The notes below the pieces were generated by a model. That model was given only the letters and a program-made list of their open reading frames with translations, was not told the DNA's origin and made no database searches. From positions 64,001-128,000 of the forward strand of contig JBHLMN010000006.1 in NCBI GenBank assembly GCA_048938105.1: a stretch of DNA of 64,000 nucleotides, given 5' to 3'. The stretch's first letter is position 1; each line of letters begins with the position of its first letter. Origin of the DNA: Promethearchaeota archaeon. Lineage in GTDB: Archaea; Asgardarchaeota; Heimdallarchaeia; Hodarchaeales; Hodarchaeaceae. This document shows, piece by piece, positions 29,301-37,665 of the stretch. Both the position numbers and the translations under genes were made by a program.

Positions 29301-29907
29301 AATGATGGCCTTAGTGACACTTTTTCACATTATAAGCTGGCAATTAACTGAAAATACTATTGAGTATTCATTTCTGATGGCTTTTACCCTGATATTCAAT
29401 AGTTCAGCTTTTATACTATCATCAGTTCAATTCTTAATTAGAACGACAGAAATTACGCTTAATACCATTGTATTATGTATTTTATCAGGTTTTACTATCC
29501 TATTAATCCTCTTTCTAATTTCATATGCTAGAATCAAGAGATTAAAAACGGATATTTCACTTGCTTGCACCTATACTGCAGCTATTTGGGTACTCTTATC
29601 ATCAATTTATTTTCCAAATATTGAACTAGTTTTTCTTTGGTTATTTTTTGCTCCTTTAATGATATTGGTGTTTATATCTACACGAAAAAGAAAAGAAATT
29701 GTCCTATTGGGAATTATTTTCTATTTTTTTGTTGGCCTGAGATTAATTGAACATATACTCGAGTTTTTATTAGCTGGAACAACAGAATGGAGCACAATTT
29801 TTGGATTAATAATCTTTGGAATAGAATTGGTTTCATTAGGTATTTATTCATCGATATCTGCTAAAAAAATTAATAAAACAAATAATGAAGATGGTTTCTC
29901 AACCTAG
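26353..29907 (+). CDS. Double zinc-ribbon domain fused to a very large polytopic membrane region
   Basis: CPNCG/CTQCG/CPSC/CPYCG, a Pro/Thr linker, then ~1050 aa of near-continuous hydrophobic helices. Confidence 0.85.
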   Translation: MEGKDSSRNCPNCGVPLLPRAKFCTQCGTKIEAARILCPSCSKELELDTWSCPYCGAQIPKEVTPPPDHKIPEPGQKPTIETDTAPVTTTPSQVSTFGTQLLSSLRENISTVIVVLGALSIIAAISFTIIVLLPRELISDVEIPPFEGIIFDLFVILGLIALITKELTVYLGYIPKKETLDRWFSFVLILIFWTNLITFSLGLVEVSVFFQFGLNFTTMFVFLSLVNFLVSLLYFMRYREPLFSSTFITTIMSIIYLLQWIIPIDITSYTILIFLTTFGVIFVSQQTKDMILFIGLTILLPLMFLSPYLLSNSIVIAIIILLVSFPYLNAILQKFVIKEPEKKDLIIKSLGDLCSTFGTLNVGFSVFYGHLPPILSIVILAFPVIGFIILKVIRPNFQRLPLRDGSTSVFLLFTLVFFDFIIKDLLVLFGVAFLLILYSTFTIFEYASIQQQNLQHYAEFFLLLSLLVVSLTNLLFLWKICLLLIPLLTLLILITQKKAINHHVARGFVFGSEILILVAFLQTPAFDWPVIPIFTIIIIIGVSIIFIFYKENRKNEFSLDLAVFSLISEGTLLVMMLWTKSSIEMLYPAIILLALTSIITISQIRQKISPNFLWLNSTFIVCFGLMTYWNEFDIRWTVSVTFLLILPILIEGLLAKSTENLSAAETIVKNRNLNISLTAIGLALIILFEELDPISHAVLFLIIPIVWIAIYLFDKLNFNSVSELLIIVFPGIIFTLEMLLKQEIFTPITDNMYLYLTLITFSIPVIVLQVEHFLLRRTKITINPLIIGTALASLIIMVAFWTYKFQPEENLMLVFGLIFALIISVFLIKWQYESILLLLVSFLPSTLYAGYIDFPSTFAFHLIPIFPILFNLIMGLIYIRTDLSAKLHEFLMLIYFGIFILFNPIQMIEYTTALFTLFYTSWLFLGLIKRKISQVVFISTNLLNSIFVLVLMVFIDPLVSELFIQELGIDLPFKTTLISLTLVMMALVTLFHIISWQLTENTIEYSFLMAFTLIFNSSAFILSSVQFLIRTTEITLNTIVLCILSGFTILLILFLISYARIKRLKTDISLACTYTAAIWVLLSSIYFPNIELVFLWLFFAPLMILVFISTRKRKEIVLLGIIFYFFVGLRLIEHILEFLLAGTTEWSTIFGLIIFGIELVSLGIYSSISAKKINKTNNEDGFST

Positions 29908-29994
29908 TTACTGTAGAGATCGTTTTAGCAGAAAAAATGAATCAAATATTACAGTCATATCTGTAAAGAGTTTTTATAGTCAATCTAGGTAAGT

Positions 29995-31050
29995 TTGCTA
30001 AAAGCACTCTCCAAAGAAAAAACAGGAAATAGGACATTGGATAATAATACTCGGAGATTGTATCTTAATAATTGGGCTATACTTGCTGCGGAAAATGAAG
30101 CTAAATGGCACTTTGGTGATATCACGGAAGAAAGGCTTCTCCAAACATTATATTTTGTAAATGCGCTTAGCAAGCTCGGATCTGAGATCTTAGGACAGGT
30201 TATCGGTGTCATCAGACTGCATTATCCCAAGCTTCATCCTACACAAGCACGAGAAATCATGGTCGTCAATTTACTGAACAAATATAGCATTGTGATATCT
30301 GATCCTTTAGTTACGACCAGACTGATTAAGAAAATTGAATTAGAGTCAGGTTCTGCTCCTCCATTCGATGAAATGCGAAGCATTCTGGCTGGGGCTGCTT
30401 CTGTTATTTATTCTCAGTTTTATTCTGAGGAAGGTGATAGTAATGTTGTGGATAGGTTATTTCGGGAAGCGGTTAATGCAGTAACTTATAGTGAACATGT
30501 CACTGTAGGAAATGGAGAATGTTCATTTTCAGCACTGAGTTTTGAGGAGTTATTATTCTTTCATGCGCTCCTGAAGGAATTATTTGAAAACCACTTTTCA
30601 ATATTACACCCTGGTAAGCCTTGGGGAATTATGAGTTCAATTTCAGGAGCTCCAATATTTTTATCATATGATCCTCCTAGTGATGCAGCTTTAATAAGCT
30701 CTTTTTCCTCAGTTATTGCGAATTATTGCAATTTTCTTTTCAATGCCTCCCCAGCACGACTTGTTTTCGGAATTAATCCCATGTCCGCAATGGATTTTAT
30801 TGTCACTAAAGAAAATCTCTTTGTAATCAACAATCCGAGGAAATTATTTCGTTTACAACGATTTCAGCGGCTATGGAAGAAGGTTCCTTCAGAGGTTGCA
30901 CATGAACTTGCACCTGCAATGAAGGACTATTTTACTGAATTAATTCTTCAAGAACGGCATGAGAGATTTAAAAAACTAAAATTTCATCAGATCATTAATC
31001 TAATGACCCAAATGGGGATAAAACGAGCACGAAAATATAAATTACCCTAA
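29995..31050 (+). CDS. Probable tandem longin-domain protein
   Basis: Two beta-beta-alpha-beta-beta-beta segments: FVNALSKLGSEILGQVIGVIRL and GAPIFLSY...DAALISSFSSVIANYCNFLFNASPARLVFG. Start codon uncertain. Confidence 0.6.
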   Translation: MLKALSKEKTGNRTLDNNTRRLYLNNWAILAAENEAKWHFGDITEERLLQTLYFVNALSKLGSEILGQVIGVIRLHYPKLHPTQAREIMVVNLLNKYSIVISDPLVTTRLIKKIELESGSAPPFDEMRSILAGAASVIYSQFYSEEGDSNVVDRLFREAVNAVTYSEHVTVGNGECSFSALSFEELLFFHALLKELFENHFSILHPGKPWGIMSSISGAPIFLSYDPPSDAALISSFSSVIANYCNFLFNASPARLVFGINPMSAMDFIVTKENLFVINNPRKLFRLQRFQRLWKKVPSEVAHELAPAMKDYFTELILQERHERFKKLKFHQIINLMTQMGIKRARKYKLP

Positions 31051-31080
31051 AATTTAGTATCTGATAAAATAGGGGTTAAT

Positions 31081-31245
31081 TCATTGATAATATTCTTCTT
31101 GTGCTATCTCTTTTCCGCAACGTTGACATTTATAAACACGAAATTCGTCATATTCATGTTTAGCAAACTCTCCTTTTGTAATTATCGACTGTTTTTGAGA
31201 GATTAATCTAAAAGAATGACCAAATATCAGGCATTTTAGACCCAT
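31081..31245 (-). CDS. Small zinc-binding protein (CxxFGH...CxRCG, DUF1660-like)
   Basis: MGLKCLIFGHSF...YKCQRCGKE; ATG at 31245 lies 16 nt after the YbaK stop. Confidence 0.65.
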   Translation of the reverse strand: MGLKCLIFGHSFRLISQKQSIITKGEFAKHEYDEFRVYKCQRCGKEIAQEEYYQ

Positions 31246-31261
31246 GAGAATAACGCATCCC

Positions 31262-31717
31262 TCAGATTGGAACAGAAACATCAGCAATAAGAGGATGAGT
31301 ACAATCTAAGAGCTCATCAATAGAAATTGATAGAAGTTTATTTGACGTTCCTCCACCAGCATATAACTGGGTGCTTTCTAGGCTTAATTCATCTAAAATG
31401 ATCGGTAAATCAACGCTGATAGGTGGAACATCCCCTACTTTGTAGCCTGTAACATTTTCAACTTGTTCAGGTGAAGCCAACTTAATATCTTTTACATGAA
31501 GCAAGTTTTTTAATTTCTTTGTTTTAATTTTGCGATTTCCTTGGAGAAGTACCAGATAAAATTCTTTCGTATCGGTCACAACAATAATTGATTTTATTAT
31601 TTCCTCTGGCATACAATTTAAGGCCTTTACACTCTCATTGACCGTTTTTGTAGAAGTCTTTAAAGAAATTATTTTCGCTGTAAGCCCATTTTCATCGATG
31701 TATTGCTGAAGTCGCAT
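31262..31717 (-). CDS. YbaK/EbsC-family aminoacyl-tRNA deacylase
   Basis: IIKSII, LASPEQVENVTGYKVGDVPP, YAGGG. Confidence 0.92.
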   Translation of the reverse strand: MRLQQYIDENGLTAKIISLKTSTKTVNESVKALNCMPEEIIKSIIVVTDTKEFYLVLLQGNRKIKTKKLKNLLHVKDIKLASPEQVENVTGYKVGDVPPISVDLPIILDELSLESTQLYAGGGTSNKLLSISIDELLDCTHPLIADVSVPI

Positions 31718-31741
31718 CGTTGAACCCTCAAAACGGTATCA

Positions 31742-32557
31742 TTAACGTATTAATCCTCCAACAGCTGTAACTTGAATACCTTTCTCCTCTAATTTATCTA
31801 AGAGCGGATTAATTCCAATAGAATCAGAAGCAAGATGTCCTGTAATAAGAAGCTGTCCATGTTCTAATTTTAAAATCTGAAATAATTCTGCTGGCACAAT
31901 ATGAATATAAATAACTGTGTCAACTTTATACTGATAATAACAATCAGCAACATCAAAACCTCCATTAGTCAGCGCTCCATGACTAAAAATCCAATTCCCT
32001 AATGGATTGTTTTCTTCTCCCTTAGCAATCTCGATTTTGGTCTGGGCCTCTCTGAATTCTATAAATGAGTCTTCTAAATGAGTTTTGACTTCGTGTAGGA
32101 GAGGATTCCCTTTCTTTTCAACTAATTCCTGAATAGATGCAGATATCAACCTTCGACCTAGCTCATCAGAGGGACAATGAATGTTAAGAAAGGGAATTCC
32201 AATTAATCGTGCAAAGGAGGGGACAGCATCATAATTCCTAGCATGTGAACCGAATTTAAATCCGAGAATTTTCTTATTAATAACTTTTTGAGCTTTTTCT
32301 TTGGGTACACCCTTTGATACCAATTGCTCCAGATGTTTTTGAAAGACTTCAAAGTGATTTACCAATCCTACAGGATGATGGGCAATAACACGATCAAATC
32401 CATGTTCTTTAGCATATAGGAGTTCAGCTACCCCTATGTCTATTCCATAAAGAATATTTTTGATGTTTTCTCCAGGAACATAGACAGCAGAGTCAGCGGG
32501 TAGTTCAGTCATGCCAACTAGATCAAGTGAAATATTGAGGATATCAGCCGTGTCCAA
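31742..32557 (-). CDS. NIF3-like dinuclear metal-centre protein
   Basis: ILYGIDIG, IAHHP, NIHCPSD, YIH, GHLASDSIG; TTG start with GAGGT RBS. Confidence 0.85.
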   Translation of the reverse strand: MDTADILNISLDLVGMTELPADSAVYVPGENIKNILYGIDIGVAELLYAKEHGFDRVIAHHPVGLVNHFEVFQKHLEQLVSKGVPKEKAQKVINKKILGFKFGSHARNYDAVPSFARLIGIPFLNIHCPSDELGRRLISASIQELVEKKGNPLLHEVKTHLEDSFIEFREAQTKIEIAKGEENNPLGNWIFSHGALTNGGFDVADCYYQYKVDTVIYIHIVPAELFQILKLEHGQLLITGHLASDSIGINPLLDKLEEKGIQVTAVGGLIR

Positions 32558-32608
32558 TTTAAGACCTCAAACAGTTTAAAACATCGTACCATTTTAACTT
32601 CATTCATT

Positions 32609-34327
32609 ATGTTTGATTACCCCATTTGGTATAATAGCTATCCTACAAATGTTCCCAAAACCTTAGAGTATCCCTTGAAGAGTTTAGCTGATGTATTAAC
32701 CGAGAATGCAAAGGATTTCCCTAATAACCCCGCATTACTACTTGCAGGTAAACAATTTCACACTACAAGAATTACATATGAACAACTTGATAAAATGTCC
32801 ACGAATTTTGCGAAACATCTTCACAAACTTGGTGTGCGAAAGAAAGACCGAGTTGCCCTTTTCTTGCCTAATTTTCCAGAATTTGTTATCGCCTTTTATG
32901 GAATACAAAAATTAGGGGCAATAGCTACGCCATTAAACATAATGTTTTCTCAGAAAGAACTGGAGTATCATATTAAGGATTCTGGATCCAAAGCCATAAT
33001 AACAATTGATGTGAAGACTGGGGAACAGGCATTTTTAGAGCTAATTCATAGTGTTGCTAGGAAGGTAGATCATCTCGAACATGTCATTGTTGTTTCTATA
33101 AAGCCGTATATAGGGAAAATAAAGGGATTCCTAGGGGGATTAGTAGGAAAAATAGGAAAGCTCAGCCCTGATGATATCTCTTTTGAAACGATGGTTCAAG
33201 ATGATGACACGGTCTCTTTCCCAAAACCAAATATCGACCCCAAAAATGATGTGGCGATGATTCCGTACACTGGAGGAACAACAGGATTACCAAAGGGCGT
33301 TATGCTAACTCATTGGAACTTAATCACTAATTGTTATGCTGGACACCATTGGATGATTCCTATTTACAACGGACTACCAGATAAAGGTAAGTATCGTTTT
33401 CTTGCTGCTCTACCTCTTTTTCACCTATTTGGAGGAACTTTAGCAATGCTTATCCCGATTTTTCTGGCAGGTGAGATCATATTGATGCCTAATCCTAGGG
33501 AAAGGAATTTTACTGAACTTCTAGAACTAATAGACACTTATAAACCAAATTTCTTACCATTTGTCCCTACAGGATTTATTGCATTACTGAATCATCCACA
33601 GTTTAAAAACTATGACTTAAAATCAATTGATTTTTGCTTAACAGGCGCCGCTCCTTTACCTGTTGAAGTGATGAAGCAATTTGAACAGGCCAGTGGCTCT
33701 ACTCTTTTAGAGGGATGGGGGTTAACCGAAACATCACCAATAGCTAGTGCTAACACTCCATCGAAACGGAAAATTGGTTCAGTTGGTGTTCCTTTCATTG
33801 ATACATCTGTGAAAGTTTTTGATTTAGAAGACAAGGAGAAAGAGCTAGAAATCGGAAAGAACGGAGAATTAGGTATTAAAGGCCCTCAAGTCATGAAAGG
33901 ATATTGGAATAAACCAGAGGAAACAGATTATGTTATGAATAGTCAAGAATACTTTATGACTGGCGATATTGGTCATATGGATGAAGAGGGATTTATATAC
34001 ATCGAGGATCGGAAGAAAGACATGATAATTGCTTCTGGTTACAAAGTTTTTCCTCGTGAGGTTGAAGAATATTTCTTTGAACATCCGCAAATTGAGAATG
34101 TAGCTATTATTGGAATTCCTGATGAATATCGAGGTGAAAGACCTAAAGCTTTTATTGTTTTAAAACAAGGGGCAACCATTACAAAAGATGAACTTATGGA
34201 ATATGCAAAAAAAGGTCTTTCAAAGTATAAGGTACCAAAAGAGATCGAAATACGTGACTACCTGCCTTTAAGTGCTGTAGGAAAGGTTTTACGAAGAGAA
34301 CTACGAGAGGAAGAGGAAAAAAAATAG
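32609..34327 (+). CDS. Long-chain fatty-acid--CoA ligase
   Basis: YTGGTTGLPKG AMP-binding loop, EGWGLTETSP, TGDIG, DRKKDMII, SAVGKVLRR. Confidence 0.95.
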   Translation: MFDYPIWYNSYPTNVPKTLEYPLKSLADVLTENAKDFPNNPALLLAGKQFHTTRITYEQLDKMSTNFAKHLHKLGVRKKDRVALFLPNFPEFVIAFYGIQKLGAIATPLNIMFSQKELEYHIKDSGSKAIITIDVKTGEQAFLELIHSVARKVDHLEHVIVVSIKPYIGKIKGFLGGLVGKIGKLSPDDISFETMVQDDDTVSFPKPNIDPKNDVAMIPYTGGTTGLPKGVMLTHWNLITNCYAGHHWMIPIYNGLPDKGKYRFLAALPLFHLFGGTLAMLIPIFLAGEIILMPNPRERNFTELLELIDTYKPNFLPFVPTGFIALLNHPQFKNYDLKSIDFCLTGAAPLPVEVMKQFEQASGSTLLEGWGLTETSPIASANTPSKRKIGSVGVPFIDTSVKVFDLEDKEKELEIGKNGELGIKGPQVMKGYWNKPEETDYVMNSQEYFMTGDIGHMDEEGFIYIEDRKKDMIIASGYKVFPREVEEYFFEHPQIENVAIIGIPDEYRGERPKAFIVLKQGATITKDELMEYAKKGLSKYKVPKEIEIRDYLPLSAVGKVLRRELREEEEKK

Positions 34328-34354
34328 ATAGAAAGAATTCAGTAATAAGAGATT

Positions 34355-35095
34355 TTAATACTTTTTTCGTTTCTTTTTTGGAGGTTTAGTGATCAGAGTT
34401 TGAATTTGAGCGATTTCTGGATCCGTCTGATGTTCTTTTCCATATAAACATTGGTCGAGTAAGAAACACTGTGAACACTTGGGATTATTTTTTTGGCAAA
34501 GATTTTGCCCATGAACCACTACTAAGGCATGAAACCTCCCAAACACTTCAAAGTTCGTTTCAAGCTCATTATTTAGTTCTTGCTGGAGGTCCTCGTATTT
34601 AATCTTCAAATAACTCACATTTCCAAGTAGTCGAGTTAAGAAACGTCGTGTATATGTTCCGACAATTGGAACTGGTTTTTGAAAACAATAAACTAAGATA
34701 GAATCAGCGGTTTCCTTACCAATACCCTTACAAGCTAACAATTCTTGCCGAGAGGGTGAATTGTCTCGATCAGAATATGTCAGTAGTAGTGTACTGAGGG
34801 ATTTCAAATATAATGCTTTTTGTTTATAGAAACCAGCTGGTTTGATAAGCTCTTCAAGTTGTTGTACTTTTATTGTTTGTAATTTTTTGAAAGAAAATAT
34901 GGTAGCACCTCTTAAATTCGCTATTGCTTTGTTGACATTTCTCCAATTGGTATTTTGAACCAAAATTGTTCCTATTGCAACCTCGTAAGTTTCTTGTAGA
35001 CTTTTATTATCTTTGATCCAGAGGTTCCATGTTTCTGCATGGGGATCAAGTTGAATATAATGTTGTTTCAATTGTTTATACACTTTAGAGATCAA
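34355..35095 (-). CDS. Endonuclease III-related HhH-GPD protein (COG2231-like) with [4Fe-4S] motif
   Basis: ILVQNTNWRNV, IKPAGFYKQKA, KGIGKETADSI, C-x6-C-x2-C-x5-C. Confidence 0.9.
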   Translation of the reverse strand: MISKVYKQLKQHYIQLDPHAETWNLWIKDNKSLQETYEVAIGTILVQNTNWRNVNKAIANLRGATIFSFKKLQTIKVQQLEELIKPAGFYKQKALYLKSLSTLLLTYSDRDNSPSRQELLACKGIGKETADSILVYCFQKPVPIVGTYTRRFLTRLLGNVSYLKIKYEDLQQELNNELETNFEVFGRFHALVVVHGQNLCQKNNPKCSQCFLLDQCLYGKEHQTDPEIAQIQTLITKPPKKKRKKY

Positions 35096-35338
35096 TTCTC
35101 TCTGACACCTAGGTTGAAAAGTACTCCGATTACATTATTATCAATTTTCTTCTAAAAAAACTATAGTGCATTATTCTCCTCCGAAAGGCCTACTCTCATT
35201 CACATTGAAAATTAATTTCAAAAATAGATATGCTAATTAAAAGTTGAATAGTGTCGGGTTGTAATTATAAATTAATGGCAATTTCGGAGGTATTCTCTAG
35301 ATTGTGTTTTATACCTAACCTTCTAAAAGGTATCCTGT

Positions 35339-35752
35339 ATGAAAGATCACGAATTAAACCCAAGAATAGATAACTTAGCTTGGCAAACCATGATTGTTAG
35401 TTTATTTCGGCAATCAGACAGACAAACGCTAAATCTTATTACTTCTATTGTTGGAGTTTCAACTTCTGAAGACACATACACACTCATTAACAATATTTTT
35501 CATCTCGTTAGAAAAGGTGTCATTTATATCCCAGAAGCACGACTAAAAATTCTACATGATGCTCCTGAAAAGGTCGATGTTTATTTAATCAAAAACTTTG
35601 ATGAAGCTATGAAAGAGTTAGCGCAAGAACTCCATGAATTAAGGATCAAAGTTGATCGTTTATCTGAGATAAAGAAAATCCCTAGAAAGGTCTTAATCGA
35701 CCTTGAAAACTATGCGGCAGGGAAGTATATTGAGAAATTTCATTATACATAG
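35339..35752 (+). CDS. Hypothetical protein (possible winged helix plus coiled coil)
   Basis: 137-aa ATG ORF filling the gap; no recognised family. Confidence 0.6.
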   Translation: MKDHELNPRIDNLAWQTMIVSLFRQSDRQTLNLITSIVGVSTSEDTYTLINNIFHLVRKGVIYIPEARLKILHDAPEKVDVYLIKNFDEAMKELAQELHELRIKVDRLSEIKKIPRKVLIDLENYAAGKYIEKFHYT

Positions 35753-35907
35753 ATACCTTTTTTTCCCACTATTCTCATTACATTATCTTATCTTTAGCTT
35801 TCTTAACGGAGAGATGAAATCCTTTAACTAGTGTACTTTATTAAGGATTTATAGCCATTATTTCTTATATCCCTAGAAGGAACTAAAAAAGTAAAGGTGA
35901 AGAAAAA

Positions 35908-36546
35908 ATGGGTATATTTGATCGGGATAAATTTGGTGTGCAACAAAGGCATCGACGATTACTATCAGCACAAGAAGCATACCACATAAAAGACGTAGAT
36001 ACAGACCAAGATCTCCTTTGGATAAAACGGGACAGATTTGGACGAAAAACGCATATGCATATGTTTCCAGGTGACCCTAAAACAGCTCCAGAGATTATGA
36101 CAATAAAGGATCTTTCATCATTTGATGCTTGGGCTAGTTTTGATGTCTTAGACAATGAAACAAATCAAAACCTTGGGAGAGCAAAACGAAATTTCTGGTC
36201 AAGTATCTTTAGAGAGAATTGGACCGTATGGGATGGATCTGGAAAGGTAGTAGGGAAAGTAAAAGCTAGAAGCTTGTTAATCAGTCTTATGCGAAATATG
36301 CGGTGGATTTTTGGTTGGATTCCTGTAATTGGATGGATAATTGAGTCGTTTGCTTGGTTAATCCGATTGCAATTTGATATTTATTTCATTCAAAATGGTT
36401 CAGAAGTGAAAGTAGGAGAGTTCAATCGCAGGAGGACAATTGGAGATAAGTACATATTGGACATGACTGCAGATAGCAAACGAACGTTCAATCGAAAATT
36501 TGCGGTTGCATTAGCGGTCTTACTCGATTCTGCAGAACAAAGATAA
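35908..36546 (+). CDS. LURP-one/scramblase (tubby C-terminal-like) family protein
   Basis: FDVLD..LGRAKRNFWSSIFRENWTVWD, GDKYILD, final helix FAVALAVLLDSAE. Confidence 0.8.
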   Translation: MGIFDRDKFGVQQRHRRLLSAQEAYHIKDVDTDQDLLWIKRDRFGRKTHMHMFPGDPKTAPEIMTIKDLSSFDAWASFDVLDNETNQNLGRAKRNFWSSIFRENWTVWDGSGKVVGKVKARSLLISLMRNMRWIFGWIPVIGWIIESFAWLIRLQFDIYFIQNGSEVKVGEFNRRRTIGDKYILDMTADSKRTFNRKFAVALAVLLDSAEQR

Positions 36547-36693
36547 TCTCTACAGCTGGATAATTAATCAAAAATCCCCCCTCCTTCTTTTTTTGGTAAT
36601 TATTCTCTTTTTGAGAATCACACTTAGGGAGGGATAACAAAGTAAAAGCCTAGATTTATTTCCCTTAAATATTACCACGGAGGTCGATAAAGC

Positions 36694-37512
36694 ATGCTGG
36701 AAGGATTAATAGTCAGTATAGGGATTTTCATTATATTAGGACTGGTTACTTATACTGGTGCATGGTATACAGCGAAATCAGACTCCCCACGTGCACTAAT
36801 AGGCGTTTATATTCTATTTCTAACATTAGCTCAATTTTTCGCAGCAAAAATTGCAGAATTTGATTTAGGTCTGGAGTCAATCCCAATCATTGGATCTTGG
36901 TTGATTGATTTAGGGATGCTCCCCATTTTTGCACCCGTAGGCGTTATTGTATTTCCTTTTACTCTTCAAGTTACAGATATGGTTAACGAACGATTTGGGA
37001 GAAAAGTAGTATATGAAATGATCTGGATAGCCTTGGTCAGTCAAATCATTATGGTTCTGCTATTGATATTAGCTGGATTCCTCCCTGCAGCTGGAGAGGA
37101 CCCTTTAGGCCCATTTGCAATTGTCCCTGCTATCACTCTAGCATCATGGATTAGCTTTCTTATTAGCGAACGATTTGATGCATGGATTTATGACAAGATT
37201 CGTTCATGGATTCACACAAATACTGATACAGGAAAAGAGTGGTGGAAATATCTCTGGATTAGAAATGTGTTTAGTGACATCCTAAGTCTAGGCTTAGATT
37301 CCATCATCTTTATCCCATTAGCTTTCGTTGTTTTCCCCTCCATTCAAAAAATAATGGATCCCTCAATCGGTATAATAACTCTTGATTTCATGATTACTCT
37401 CATTATTGGCCAACTAATAACAAAATGGTTCTTAGGTCTAATCGATACTCCCTATATGTACTTGACCCGTTGGATATATGACAAAACAAGTCCTATAAGT
37501 GTTGAAAAATAA
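36694..37512 (+). CDS. Queuosine/preQ0 precursor transporter (YhhQ/VUT family)
   Basis: FPFTLQVTDMVNERFG, ASWISFLISERFDAWIY, LWIRNVFSD, DSIIFIPLAF, LIDTPYMY. Confidence 0.9.
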   Translation: MLEGLIVSIGIFIILGLVTYTGAWYTAKSDSPRALIGVYILFLTLAQFFAAKIAEFDLGLESIPIIGSWLIDLGMLPIFAPVGVIVFPFTLQVTDMVNERFGRKVVYEMIWIALVSQIIMVLLLILAGFLPAAGEDPLGPFAIVPAITLASWISFLISERFDAWIYDKIRSWIHTNTDTGKEWWKYLWIRNVFSDILSLGLDSIIFIPLAFVVFPSIQKIMDPSIGIITLDFMITLIIGQLITKWFLGLIDTPYMYLTRWIYDKTSPISVEK

Positions 37513-37665
37513 GTTCATGATCTAAGTGATTGAGAAATTTCTCTAATTCAACATGAAAGTAAGCCTTCCAAACTAGTTGAAAGTTGATCTTTCCATTGTT
37601 AGCTTGATACTATAATCATGTGTTCAGAGACTTATGGATCCTTTGTTTGAACCACAAGGGTATCA

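Noticed and set aside
36547-36693. preQ1 riboswitch upstream of the YhhQ transporter
   Set aside because: No preQ1-I consensus is present; only weak hairpins and a T-tract that is probably the upstream terminator.
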